From: Candidatus Campbellbacteria bacterium
Lineage (GTDB): Bacteria; Patescibacteriota; Minisyncoccia; Phycocordibacterales; EsbW-18
Assembly (NCBI GenBank): GCA_045863475.1
Contig: BTUR01000001.1
Coordinates: forward strand, 59,846 to 123,845
Direction: 5' to 3'
DNA length: 64,000 nucleotides
Shown here: in pieces, positions 18,700 to 28,417 of the stretch
How the letters are laid out: the number at the start of each line of letters is the position of its first letter
How positions within the stretch are numbered: the first letter of the stretch is position 1
The notes under the pieces: model-generated
Seen by the model: the letters and a program-made list of their open reading frames with translations, nothing else
Databases searched by the model: none
Told to the model about the DNA's origin: nothing
Program-made: the position numbers and the translations under genes

Positions 18700-18845
18700 C
18701 GCACGATATTCCTGAGGGATTAGTGCTATATCGTGCGGCGTAGTACGAAGTGAGCTTGTTATTTGCAAAAACTCGCGGAGGCCGAAGAGGCCGAGTGTGA
18801 ACGCCCCGCCAACAGGCGGGGACGTGTGTTTTGCAAATAATCAAG
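18700..18845 (+). other. Inverted-repeat-bounded structured element: hairpin ccgcacgatat/atatcgtgcgg, then 12-bp perfect IR ttatttgcaaaa...ttttgcaaataa enclosing GC-rich nested stems
   Basis: Perfect 11-bp and 12-bp inverted repeats read directly; inner cgccccgcc aaca ggcggggacg stem; palindromic core TTTGCAAA in both arms. Confidence 0.4.
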
Positions 18846-18971
18846 CGAGCGGAGAGTTTATGTACTTTTTATGCAATGTGTGCTATCGTCGTTGCGCAGA
18901 GTCGTAAGGCTCTTTATTAGCTCTTTTCGGCAAGTATCGCAATACGCCGAAGAGGGAGAAGTTAGCATAGT

Positions 18972-19271
18972 ATGGAAGGAGCAAAATTGTACGTCGGCAA
19001 CCTTAGCTACGGAACGACTGAAGAGTCGATCCGCGAGCACTTTGGACAAGCTGGCTCAGTCGCATCAGCGACAATTATTCGCGACAAGATGACCGGCCGT
19101 TCAAAAGGTTTCGGGTTCGTCGAAATGTCATCTGCAGAAGACGCGCAGAAGGCAATTGAGATGTTCCACGGAAAAGACTTCGACGGACGCGCGCTGACGG
19201 TAAACGTAGCACGCCCGATGACGGAGCGACCTCCGCGCCGTGACAACTACGACAACGGTGGACGTTGGTAA
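18972..19271 (+). CDS. RNA-recognition-motif (RRM) RNA-binding protein
   Basis: RNP-2 LYVGNL and RNP-1 KGFGFVEM motifs; Arg/Gly/Asp-rich C-terminal tail. Confidence 0.8.
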   Translation: MEGAKLYVGNLSYGTTEESIREHFGQAGSVASATIIRDKMTGRSKGFGFVEMSSAEDAQKAIEMFHGKDFDGRALTVNVARPMTERPPRRDNYDNGGRW

Positions 19272-19282
19272 GCCACTCTCTT

Positions 19283-19362
19283 TGATTTTTTAAGAGCACG
19301 CGTCCGTTTCTACTGAAACGGCGCTCACGCTCGGGCTCTTCGCCCTCCGCAAGGCTCTTAAA
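19283..19362 (+). other. Second IR-bounded element (ttttttaagagc ... gctcttaaaaaa) enclosing hairpin ccgtttc tact gaaacgg
   Basis: 12-bp perfect inverted repeat flanking a GC-rich 57-nt core, immediately downstream of the RRM gene. Confidence 0.4.
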
Positions 19363-19375
19363 AAATAAAGTATCG

Positions 19376-19412
19376 TTTGATTGATAAAAACCTTGGGCTT
19401 TGCCCAAGGTTT
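19376..19412. terminator. Bidirectional rho-independent terminator
   Basis: gataaaaaccttgggctttgcccaaggtttttatc: 12-bp perfect stem with A/T runs both sides. Confidence 0.7.
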
Positions 19413-19482
19413 TTATCGTTTCTTTACAATTTTTAAGTGCAGGCATACCATTTATCATAGAAGTACACCAACGAGAGGAGGG

Positions 19483-19806
19483 ATGTGTATGTCCGTTTTG
19501 AGAGACCACGTGGTTGAGACGCTGATGGCTCACCGCTCTCAGATTCGACGCCTGCTTACCATCATGACTCCCAACCTTCCACGGAGGGCGAGCATGGTCA
19601 GGCGCATCAACACGCTGATCAATCAGAAGGAGCTTTCCCCAGAGTTCGGGGTGGGGCTCAAGATGGTTCTCCACGCCAGAATTCCTTCTGGGGCGAGGTC
19701 ACTCGTCGAGCTGGGGAGAACTGCAAGGCAGTTTCGCCATCTTCTGGAAGCAACAGATCAGTCGATGCAGATGACCAAGAAGGTGCACGTGCTCAAGGCC
19801 GTGTGA
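19483..19806 (+). CDS. Hypothetical protein (107 aa; alternative start ATG at 19489)
   Basis: RBS gagaggagg just upstream; intact ORF. Confidence 0.45.
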   Translation: MCMSVLRDHVVETLMAHRSQIRRLLTIMTPNLPRRASMVRRINTLINQKELSPEFGVGLKMVLHARIPSGARSLVELGRTARQFRHLLEATDQSMQMTKKVHVLKAV

Positions 19807-19949
19807 ACGGCTGTTTACCGAGGCTCGGGTTACCCCCGGGCTTCTTCTTTTCCCCATGATTTCCCCAGAAATATGAAGTGAGCCCAAAAGGCCTTATTTG
19901 AGGCCTCTAAAATACCTATTTTTACGGCCTAAAATAAGGCTAAATAAAC

Positions 19950-19977
19950 TTGACACGATACTTCGGCTGGGTATAAT
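19950..19977 (+). promoter_or_regulatory. Consensus sigma70 promoter (TTGACA-16-TATAAT), probable 23S rRNA promoter with A/T-rich UP region
   Basis: cttgacacgatacttcggctgggtataatggc read directly; ~320 nt upstream of 23S 5' end. Confidence 0.6.
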
Positions 19978-20893
19978 GGCCGTACTGAATATGATTACTT
20001 CAATTAACTGCATACCGCGGAGCATATAGATGCGAGCCCTTGTGGTGCGCCTCGAAACCCTCCGCTCAAAAAGCGGTTTTTTTGTTCTCATAGACAGTCG
20101 ATGACCTTTGACAACTGCATAAGCAATAAAGAATCAAATGCTTATTTCGCGCAAGCGAAGTAAGCGCAGGTATCTCGTGCGGCTCATCTAGCGCCGCGCG
20201 GGAATCAAACAACGTGTACCGCGCAGCGGTGTGTTGGTGCACGGAATCGCAGACGCATGTAGGTGCGTATGCGATAAAGACGGTTTTTAGATTTCCTAAC
20301 GGGAGATTTAAAGGGCGTATGGTGGATGCCTTGGTTCTATGTGGCGATGAAGGACGTGGTGTAACTGCGATAAGCTTCGGGGAGGTGTTAAGCAACCTTT
20401 GATCCGGAGATTTCCGAATGGGGAAACCCTGTCGAGTAACCCTCGATAACCGACGCAGCGATGCGCGGAGCATACCCTGGGAAGTGAAACATCTCAGTAC
20501 CAGGAGGAAAAGAAAACAAATGTCATTCCCTTAGTAGCGGCGAGCGAAACGGGAGCAGCCCAAACCACACTGTACTTGTATAGTGTGGCGTTGTAGGGCG
20601 GTAACGCCTGTTTTTAACAAGGAGAAAGTTACAAAATACATCTTTAGTCGAATGCGCTGGAAAGCGCAATCCCAGAAGGTAACAGTCCTGTAGACGAAAA
20701 AGATGTATCTTTCTAGTTACCGTTCCTGAGTACCTCAAGACACGAATAGCTTGGGGGAATCCGCCGGAACTAACCGGCAAGGCTACATACACATAGAGAC
20801 CGATAGTGAACTAGTACCGCGAGGGAAAGGTGAAAAGAACCCCGGAGAGGGGAGTGAAATAGATCTGAAACCATATGCCTACAAGGAGTCAGA

Positions 20894-21228
20894 GCCGAGC
20901 TCTACTTTTTGTTTTTAATTTTCTTTGAACATGTTGAAGGTACGCTCGTGCATATGCACGTTGTGTATCTGATACAAAACACGGTGAGCCACGAACTGTA
21001 CGTTGGTGTAACACGCGACCTTAAAAAGAGGTTGGTGACACATAACAGCGGTGCGGTTACGGCAACGCGACGCAGCGGCGAGTGGGTCTTGATTTACGCG
21101 GAGGCGTATCGAGATGAGCACGACGCGCGCGAGCGAGAGCATCACCTCAAACAGCGCGGCGCGGCAAAACGCGGCGTGTATGAAAGAGTTCGAAGAAGTT
21201 TCCTTGAAAACAAAAAGTAGAGCTTCGG
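20894..21228 (+). other. Intervening sequence (IVS)-like insertion in the 23S helix-25 region, closed by a ~17-bp stem (gccgagctctactttttg ... caaaaagtagagcttcgg)
   Basis: rRNA similarity is interrupted after CAAGGAGTCAGAGC and resumes at GCGTGCCTATTGAAGAATGAGCCAACGAGTT; the insertion termini are an almost perfect inverted repeat. Confidence 0.65.
20954..21220 (+). CDS. GIY-YIG nuclease-superfamily protein (UPF0213-like, ~88 aa) encoded inside the 23S insertion
   Basis: VYLIQN...ELYVGVTRDLKKRLVTHNSG...LIYAEAYRDEHDAREREHHLK GIY-YIG motifs; ORF exactly fills the loop, stop codon TAG lies in the 3' stem arm. Confidence 0.7.
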   Translation: MHVVYLIQNTVSHELYVGVTRDLKKRLVTHNSGAVTATRRSGEWVLIYAEAYRDEHDAREREHHLKQRGAAKRGVYERVRRSFLENKK

Positions 21229-22640
21229 TCATGGCGTGCCTATTGAAGAATGAGCCAACGAGTTTAAGTATGCGGCGAAGCTAAATCCTTTGTCGGATGA
21301 AGCTGCAGGGAAACCGAGTGTTAATAGCGCGTACTTTGAAAGCAAGGAGGTCGGACGTGTAGGTGAGCAATCACACACGCGTTCGGCATTCTCGCTTTCA
21401 AAAGGTCGTATACTTAAGACCCGAAGCTAGGTGAGCTACCCATGAGCAGGGTGAACTTTGTCGAAAGATGAAGGGAGGCCCGAACCGGTTGATGGTGCAA
21501 AATCTTCGGATGACTTGTGGGTTGGAGTGAAAAGCTTATCGAACCTAGTAATAGCTGGTTCTCTCCGAAACAGCTTTTGGGCTGGCGTACAGCGTACCTC
21601 TTGGGGGTAGAGCACTGGATGGTCCGGATAGGGAGAAATCTCGCTGGACCAATCAAACTCCGAATACCAAGAGTAAGTACTGTGCAGTTAGACCGTGGGG
21701 GCTAAGCTCCACTGGTCAAAAGGGAAACAGCCCTTGATCTCAAGTTAAGGTCCCTAAATCGATGCTAAGTGCAAGTCGAGGAGGTGAAATTTCTCAGACA
21801 CTGAGGAAGTTGGCTTAGAAGCAGCCATCTTTTAAAGAAAGCGTAACAGCTCACTCACTCAGAGATTTCGCGCCACAGACTATCGGGGCTAAGTATCGTA
21901 CCGAAACTGAGGATGACACGTGCGTTCGCGCATGTGTCGTGGTAGGAGAGCATTTCCATCTGCGATGAAGCCGAAGGCGTGAGCCACGGTGGAGCGATGG
22001 GAAGAGAGAATGTTGGTACAAGTAACCGCAATGCGGGTGAAATACCCGCACGCCGAAAAACCGAGGTTTCCTTCGCGATGGTAATCAGCGAAGGGTTAGT
22101 CGGGCCTAAGCGAATGGCGAAAGCCGGACGTGATGGACACACGGTTAATATTCCGTGACTCGGCTGTAATTCGATGGAGAGACGGAGTGAAGTATATATC
22201 GCACATTATTGGATTTGTGTCGGGCATGCGAGGAGGTCTGTTTGGCAAATCCGGCAGACACTACTCCAGAGGCATGTTCGGGAACCCAATCTACGGAACG
22301 GGGAACGATATAAAGCGCGCTTCCAAGAAAATCTTCTAAGGTTAATTACAGACGACCCGTACCGCAAACCGACTCCGGTGGTTAGCTCGAGTAGAGTAAG
22401 GCGAACGAGTGAGAGGTCCTCAAGGAACTCGGCAAAAAAGCGACCGTAAGTTAGCAATAAGGTCTGCCTGCGCAGCAGTGCGTGGGCCGCAGCTAAAGTC
22501 TTCCTGGCGACTGTTTATCAAAAACACAGCTCCCTGCGAACTCGTAAGAGGATGTATAGGGGGTGACACCTGACCAATGCCAGAAGGTCAAGTATGGAGG
22601 GTCTTCTCCGCAAGGAGAAGGCTGAGCTATATAAGCCCTG

Positions 22641-22702
<62 letters not shown>

Positions 22703-22765
22703 ACGCCGATGAGAACAAATGCTATGGTACGTAAATAGTCTGTGCGCATGGCGAAGTGCCACGTG

Positions 22766-23425
22766 CTATGCAGTTTCTTCAGGTGCGGCTGTTTCTCCTT
22801 CTCCCTCCGCAGTTTCATCCTTACCTTTCTTTTCCACTTCGATTGCATCCATGTCAATCGGTGCAACCGGCTCTTCGATTTCTTCTTGCGGCTGAGAAAT
22901 TGCGGCAACCACTTCGTCTCCTTCGTTGAGAATCGTAACACCTGCAGGCACGGGTATGTCTTTAATGACAACTTGACTGTCAAACGTTTCAAGCGATGAC
23001 ACATCAACAGTGAGCTCGTGTGGCAAGTCTTTTGGCATCGCCTCAACTTCCACCTCGTGCATCACCTTCACCAGTGTACCACCCAAGTTCTTAACTGCGG
23101 GCGCCTCACCTGTGAACAACAGCGGGACATCGATGCGAAGCTTCTTTCCTTTCTCGATAACGTAAAAATCAACGTGCTCAAATACATCCGTGACCGGATG
23201 TTTTGTAACTTCATGAACGAGCGCGTCTTTCGGCTCACCAACACCTTCCAGTGTGATGATGGATGATTCACCGGCCGAGCGGAACACTTTTTCAAATGTC
23301 TTGCGGTCAACTGCAATCGGCGTGGATTCCTCTTTCGGACCGTAAAAAACCGCCGGAATCTTGCCGCCTTTGCGCAAGCTCTCCGCGTTTCCTGCCTCTC
23401 GTTTTTCTACTGTAAGCGTCAACAT
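22766..23425 (-). CDS. rplY: 50S ribosomal protein L25 / general stress protein Ctc
   Basis: L25/Ctc family (LTVEKREAG..SLRKGGKIPAVFYG, two beta-barrel domains, acidic tail); start set to MLTLTVEKR. Confidence 0.85.
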   Translation of the reverse strand: MLTLTVEKREAGNAESLRKGGKIPAVFYGPKEESTPIAVDRKTFEKVFRSAGESSIITLEGVGEPKDALVHEVTKHPVTDVFEHVDFYVIEKGKKLRIDVPLLFTGEAPAVKNLGGTLVKVMHEVEVEAMPKDLPHELTVDVSSLETFDSQVVIKDIPVPAGVTILNEGDEVVAAISQPQEEIEEPVAPIDMDAIEVEKKGKDETAEGEGETAAPEETA

Positions 23426-23465
23426 AGGCGTCCTATACTCGCATAAAACCTCGCCGAAGGCAAGA

Positions 23466-24338
23466 TTAGAACCCCGCAAAAAGCTTCATGCGCTTCTCGA
23501 CGACCTCCTGGACTGCAACAAGCGCTTGTTTTGTGTATTTGTAGGGAGCAAGCTCGTCCGGGTTCTCCTGCAAACTGAGCTGGAGTGCTTTTCGGTACGC
23601 CTGTCTGAGTTCCGTGGAAACATGCACGAGCGCAATGCCGTTTTTGATGACCGCCGCGTAATCCTCGTCAGATGTTCCGGTGCCGCCGTGCAAAACGAGC
23701 GGGACAGCGACCGCACCGGCAATCTCTTTAACCCGTTCCGGGTTAAGCCGCGGATCCATACCGCTCTTCAGTGTTCCGTGAATGGTGCCGACCGCAGGAG
23801 CAAGCAGGTCAACGCCGGTTTCCTCAACAAATCGCTTTGCATCCGCCGCTGTCGTCATCATCTCGGAAGTGACCGCTGCTCCCTCGGGAAGCGCATCAAG
23901 CACTTGTGAACCGACACCAATAAATCCGAGTTCCCCTTCAATCAACGTCGCGCCTCCTTTCTCTTTTGCGTATGCGGCACACTCACGCGCCTTGGTAATA
24001 TTCTCCTCAAGTGAAAGTTGTGCGCCGTCAAAAATGACCGAGTCGAAACCAGCGTCAATTGCCTCCTTCACGCGCTCAACTGAATAGGTGTGATCGGCGT
24101 TAAGATAGACGGAGAGACCTGATTCTTCACGCGCTGCGCGCACCATTACGGCAAGTTCACGAACGCCGAACGCATCACGCTCGCCCTCTGACGCTCCGAT
24201 GACGACCGGAAGACCGGTTGCCTTTGCCGCGGCAACGACGGCGCGAAACATCTCTATGTTGCCGACGTTAAAATGGCCGACTGCCTTTCCCTGCGCGCGA
24301 TATTCTTGGAGCGTCTCTATAAGCGTCTGCATGCACAT
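23466..24338 (-). CDS. fba: Class II fructose-1,6-bisphosphate aldolase
   Basis: FbaA/tagatose-bisphosphate aldolase family motifs (VGHFNV, LHGGTG.SDED). Confidence 0.85.
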   Translation of the reverse strand: MCMQTLIETLQEYRAQGKAVGHFNVGNIEMFRAVVAAAKATGLPVVIGASEGERDAFGVRELAVMVRAAREESGLSVYLNADHTYSVERVKEAIDAGFDSVIFDGAQLSLEENITKARECAAYAKEKGGATLIEGELGFIGVGSQVLDALPEGAAVTSEMMTTAADAKRFVEETGVDLLAPAVGTIHGTLKSGMDPRLNPERVKEIAGAVAVPLVLHGGTGTSDEDYAAVIKNGIALVHVSTELRQAYRKALQLSLQENPDELAPYKYTKQALVAVQEVVEKRMKLFAGF

Positions 24339-24360
24339 ATTTTAGCACGGCGCCTGTGCT

Positions 24361-25380
24361 ATGATAGTCCTCATGAAGTACGACTTTATCGCCATCGGCG
24401 ACACGGTAACTGATGAATTCATCGAGGTAGATGACGTGCGCATTGATGTAAAACGCGATCCGGAGGATAAGGGCTACCAGGAAATCTGCTTCCGTTTCGG
24501 AGATAAGGTGTCCTATAAAAACGTTGAGACCGTGCATGCTGTCGGCAATTCCGCAAATGCCGCGGTTGCCGCAACACGTCTCGGACTCGCAACCGCATTC
24601 GTCTCCAATGTCGGCGATGATGAGCTTGGCGAGAAAATCCTTGAGACGCTCACGATGCAAAATGTTTCAACTGCATTTGTGCGCATTCATGAAGACATGC
24701 TGTCCAATCACCACTACGTATTGCAGTACGGCCCGGAACGAACCATTCTCATCAAGCACCAGCCGTATCCGTACGCATTGCCCGACATTGATGATCCTGC
24801 GTGGGTATACCTCTCATCACTCTCGGAACACTCGCTTGAATTCCATCACGAAATTGCAACCTACCTCGAAGCACACCCAAACGTAAAACTCGCGTTTCAA
24901 CCCGGCACGTTTCAGATTAAGCTCGGCGCCAAAGAACTCGCCGACCTCTACGCACACACGCACGTCTTTTTCTGCAACCGCGAAGAAGCGGGCCGCATCC
25001 TTGAAACAACTGAACTGGGAGACACACAAAAATTATTGAAAGATCTCTCGGCACTCGGTCCGAAGATTGTCATCATCACCGACGGTCCTGCCGGCGCATT
25101 CTCATACGACTCTGCAAGCGGCGAGATGCTCACTGTCCCCATGTTCCCCGATCCGAAACCGCCCGTAGACCGCACCGGCGCGGGAGATGCATTTTCTTCA
25201 ACCGTCATCGGCGCACTCGCGCTTGGAAAACCCTTATCTGAGGCCCTTTTGTGGGGACCCGTCAATTCCATGTCGGTTGTGCAGCACATCGGTGCACAGA
25301 AGGGTCTTCTCCCCCGAGAACAGATTGAAAAGCACCTCGCCGAAGCACCCGCTGGCTACGCGGTCACTACTCTGAGTTAA
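24361..25380 (+). CDS. PfkB-family carbohydrate kinase (ribokinase-like)
   Basis: N-terminal GD motif, GNSANAAVA, C-terminal DRTGAGDAF signature. Confidence 0.8.
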   Translation: MIVLMKYDFIAIGDTVTDEFIEVDDVRIDVKRDPEDKGYQEICFRFGDKVSYKNVETVHAVGNSANAAVAATRLGLATAFVSNVGDDELGEKILETLTMQNVSTAFVRIHEDMLSNHHYVLQYGPERTILIKHQPYPYALPDIDDPAWVYLSSLSEHSLEFHHEIATYLEAHPNVKLAFQPGTFQIKLGAKELADLYAHTHVFFCNREEAGRILETTELGDTQKLLKDLSALGPKIVIITDGPAGAFSYDSASGEMLTVPMFPDPKPPVDRTGAGDAFSSTVIGALALGKPLSEALLWGPVNSMSVVQHIGAQKGLLPREQIEKHLAEAPAGYAVTTLS

Positions 25381-25422
25381 TACCTGCTACAATGGCGGCA
25401 GACCTTTAAAAGGAGCCCTGCC

Positions 25423-26226
25423 ATGCGAAATAGTTTCGTTGTCGCCGCGCTCCTTCTTGGAGCGCTCTTTGACACCTCTTCCCCTCTTCTCGGACACACC
25501 GAAGAAGAACGGCGCACCGATCTCGTACAGGAACTCAGTGCATTCTTCGAAAAAGACTGGGTCCTCGACATCTTCAACCACCAAGACCTCTGTGCCGGTC
25601 GCGAGATTCCCATTGAACGACTACGGGGCGGTTGGCCTGAGCTTGAGCGCCAAGTACTCCACGAAGATTCCGTCGCTCGCGGCGTCGCGTTCTTCGAGGA
25701 ACACTATTTCACGCTGACAGGCACGAGCTATGCGCACCGAGACAAGACAAACACACTTCCGTTTGTCACGGTGGCAATTCTCCGCATCGAGTCCGATCTC
25801 GGTGAAAACCGCACCGGCACACCGGTCATACGAACGTTGTTCAACAAGTATCACAGAGCAACAGACGGGCCCGGCGGCAATGCACGTCGACGGTATATCC
25901 TTGAGCGCGAAATTGTTCCCTTCATGCGCATGGCGGCCCAAAGTGATTGGGACGTGTGCGGTATTCTGGGAACGCGTGCTGCAGCATTCGGCTATCCGCA
26001 TTTCATTCCGGAATCCCTGCGTCTCTCGGCTGACGGTGATGGTGACGGTACCATCGACCTGATGTGGAGCGTGGCCGACGCGGTCGCAAGCATCGGAAAC
26101 TACCTCGAAAAAACGGGGTGGCATCGCTCACCAAAGCAGTCGGTGTTTCGGTACAATCCCGACTGGAGGTATGTGCACATCGTGCTTTCGTACGCGAAAG
26201 CACTGGAAAGAGCTGTTAAAGAATGA
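25423..26226 (+). CDS. Lytic murein transglycosylase (MltB/SLT_2-like) with signal peptide
   Basis: VAILRIESDLG...GYPHFIPESL...DGDGDGTIDL...ASIGNYL pattern of SLT_2 family. Confidence 0.7.
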   Translation: MRNSFVVAALLLGALFDTSSPLLGHTEEERRTDLVQELSAFFEKDWVLDIFNHQDLCAGREIPIERLRGGWPELERQVLHEDSVARGVAFFEEHYFTLTGTSYAHRDKTNTLPFVTVAILRIESDLGENRTGTPVIRTLFNKYHRATDGPGGNARRRYILEREIVPFMRMAAQSDWDVCGILGTRAAAFGYPHFIPESLRLSADGDGDGTIDLMWSVADAVASIGNYLEKTGWHRSPKQSVFRYNPDWRYVHIVLSYAKALERAVKE

Positions 26227-26227
26227 A

Positions 26228-26265
26228 GAAGCCCCGTTTCGGCATGCCGGAACGGGGGTGTTTTT
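26228..26265 (+). terminator. Rho-independent terminator
   Basis: ccccgtttcggcatgccggaacggggg + tgttttt. Confidence 0.65.
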
Positions 26266-26482
26266 ATTCTTCTATTTTTTCAAACCGTCTTCTTCTCTGT
26301 CCTTCAATCTCTACTTCCTCCTCAAACATGGAGAGCGGTCGAACCCAGAGTTTTGATTTCGGATTATCGTAAAGCGCCTCGTAGACCACCAGGTCTTCGA
26401 GAGTTTCTGAGTGTTTTGCAACTCCCAGAACTCGATAGAGGTTCCCCGTCTTCGCGTGTTTGTATGTTCCCGGTGTCACCAT
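26264..26482 (-). CDS. DUF1653-family small protein (72 aa)
   Basis: GTYKHAKTGNLYRVLGVAKHSETLEDLVVYEALYDNPKSKLWVRP matches DUF1653 pattern; start abuts transketolase stop; upstream 200 nt of track ORF treated as non-coding. Confidence 0.5.
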   Translation of the reverse strand: MVTPGTYKHAKTGNLYRVLGVAKHSETLEDLVVYEALYDNPKSKLWVRPLSMFEEEVEIEGQRRRRFEKIEE

Positions 26483-26483
26483 A

Positions 26484-27473
26484 TTATTTTCTTGAAACCG
26501 CCCTCTTCGCGGCGGCGGCGATGGACTTCGCGTCCAGTTTGTAATGTTCCCAAAGCTCATCCGGCGTTCCTGACTGACCATACTGGTCGTGCACCCCAAT
26601 GAATTCCTGCGGCACCGGATACGTCTGTGTAAGAAATTCCGCAACCGCGGACCCCATACCGCCAGCAACTTGATGCTCTTCAATGGTCACTACCGCACCG
26701 CACTGTTTTGCAACACTTTCAATCGTCTTCTCATCCATCGGTTTAATCGTGTGGTTATTTACGACGATGGAACCCACTCCTTCATCTTGTAGTTTTTTCG
26801 CCGCGACGAGCGCGTTGTGTGTGAGCGCTCCGCATGCAATCAACGCAACAACAGGGCTCTCCGATTTCCATAAGATTTCCGCACGTCCGAGTTCAAACGG
26901 CGACGACAGTGTTGTAAATGCCGGACTTCCCGCACGCCCGAGACGGATATACGACGGGTTGTTCGTCCCCGCGATAGCAACGGTTGCCTTCCGTGCTTCT
27001 TCCGCGTCCGCGGGTACCACCACCGTCATGTTCGGCAGCATGCGCATAAGTCCGATATCTTCAAGTGCCTGATGTGTCGCGCCGTCGGGACCCACCGACA
27101 CACCCGCGTGGCTTCCCGCGATTTTTACCGGTACGTTGTTAAGCGCAATCGTCGTGCGAATTTGTTCGTTGTTGCGCCCAGGGGAAAATGTTGCATACGA
27201 CGTAATAAACGGAATCTTGCCGTAGTTTGCAAGACCGGAACCTACGGTCGCCAAGTTCTGCTCGGCGACACCGACTTCAATAAACCTCGTTGGAAATTCT
27301 TTATGAAACCATTCGGCACGCGTGGACTCTTCCAGATCAGCACATACGACGACAACGCGCTCATCCGCTTTTCCTGCTTCCACGAGCCCGTGCCCGAAAC
27401 CATCGCGCGTCGGCACCTTTTTGATGTCGTCGTTGAAAATCCCGTCAATGAGTTTTTGCTCTTTATTAATCAT
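26484..27473 (-). CDS. Transketolase, C-terminal (pyrimidine-binding) subunit of split enzyme
   Basis: FIEVGVAEQN...GPDGATHQALEDIGLMR motifs. Confidence 0.9.
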   Translation of the reverse strand: MINKEQKLIDGIFNDDIKKVPTRDGFGHGLVEAGKADERVVVVCADLEESTRAEWFHKEFPTRFIEVGVAEQNLATVGSGLANYGKIPFITSYATFSPGRNNEQIRTTIALNNVPVKIAGSHAGVSVGPDGATHQALEDIGLMRMLPNMTVVVPADAEEARKATVAIAGTNNPSYIRLGRAGSPAFTTLSSPFELGRAEILWKSESPVVALIACGALTHNALVAAKKLQDEGVGSIVVNNHTIKPMDEKTIESVAKQCGAVVTIEEHQVAGGMGSAVAEFLTQTYPVPQEFIGVHDQYGQSGTPDELWEHYKLDAKSIAAAAKRAVSRK

Positions 27474-28329
27474 TGTGTGATGCCTCTATTTTTCCCTTGA
27501 GGGTCCGCAATTCTTTCAAAAATTTCTTTTCTTCTTCTTTTGTCGGCGGTTTGCCGTGCCAGTGGTAGTCATATTCAATCTCTTTGACTCCCTTGCCGGC
27601 AATGGTGTGCGCGATGATAACCGTCGGGCGCTCAGAAATCGCGCGCGCCTCATCCACCGCGTCCACAAACGCCATGATGTTGTGCCCGTCCACTTCAATG
27701 ACGTGCCAGTTGAACGCGCGCCATTTGTCGGCGAGCGGCTCCAGGGGCATCACGTGCTCGGTTGTACCGCTGATTTGAATGTTGTTGCGATCAATGACCG
27801 CGGTAAGATTGCTGAGTTTGTTCGCACCGGCAAACATCACGCCCTCCCAGGTGTTGCCCGCCTGCAATTCCCCGTCTGACATCAGACAGTACGTGCGCCA
27901 TTTCTTGCCGTCGAGGCGCGCGGCGTACGCGTAGCCCGCGGCCTGCGAGAGTCCGGAGCCCAGCGGCCCTGATGTCGTCTCAACTCCGGGCAGGCGTTCG
28001 CGCTCGGGATGTCCCTGCAGTCTCGTGCCAAATTTTCGAAGTGTTTTAAGCTCTGAAAGCGGAAAGTATCCGGCGTGTGCCATCGCGGCGTAGCGAACCG
28101 GCGTAATGTGGCCATTGGAGAGAAAGAGCCGGTCGCGTTCTTCCCACGCAGGATTCTTCGGGTCGTGTTTGAGAATATGAAAATAAAACGCCGTAAAGAT
28201 GTCCGCCATGTCCAACGGTCCCGCGGTGTGCCCCGACCCCGCGTCTTCCAGCATATCAATCAGTGATATGCGAATATCATTGGCTTTCAATTCTAAATCT
28301 TTAATCTTGTCGTCAGAAAGATGTGTCAT
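27466..28329 (-). CDS. Transketolase, N-terminal (TPP-binding) subunit of split enzyme
   Basis: GSGHTAGPLDMADI, GHPE...GVETTSGPLGSGLSQAAG, MSDGELQAGNTWE motifs; 8-nt overlap with C-terminal subunit gene. Confidence 0.9.
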   Translation of the reverse strand: MTHLSDDKIKDLELKANDIRISLIDMLEDAGSGHTAGPLDMADIFTAFYFHILKHDPKNPAWEERDRLFLSNGHITPVRYAAMAHAGYFPLSELKTLRKFGTRLQGHPERERLPGVETTSGPLGSGLSQAAGYAYAARLDGKKWRTYCLMSDGELQAGNTWEGVMFAGANKLSNLTAVIDRNNIQISGTTEHVMPLEPLADKWRAFNWHVIEVDGHNIMAFVDAVDEARAISERPTVIIAHTIAGKGVKEIEYDYHWHGKPPTKEEEKKFLKELRTLKGKIEASHND

Positions 28330-28417
28330 ACGCTTTTGAAAGTATACCCCGTGAGATAGTTTTTTACATCTCACGGGGTATAACAAATCTCCCTACAAAT
28401 TCTTGACAAACCATGCA

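Noticed and set aside
17500-19900. tuf (EF-Tu) expected after fusA
   Set aside because: I searched the downstream translations for EF-Tu G-domain motifs (GHVDHGKTT); none is present, so tuf is not in this window.
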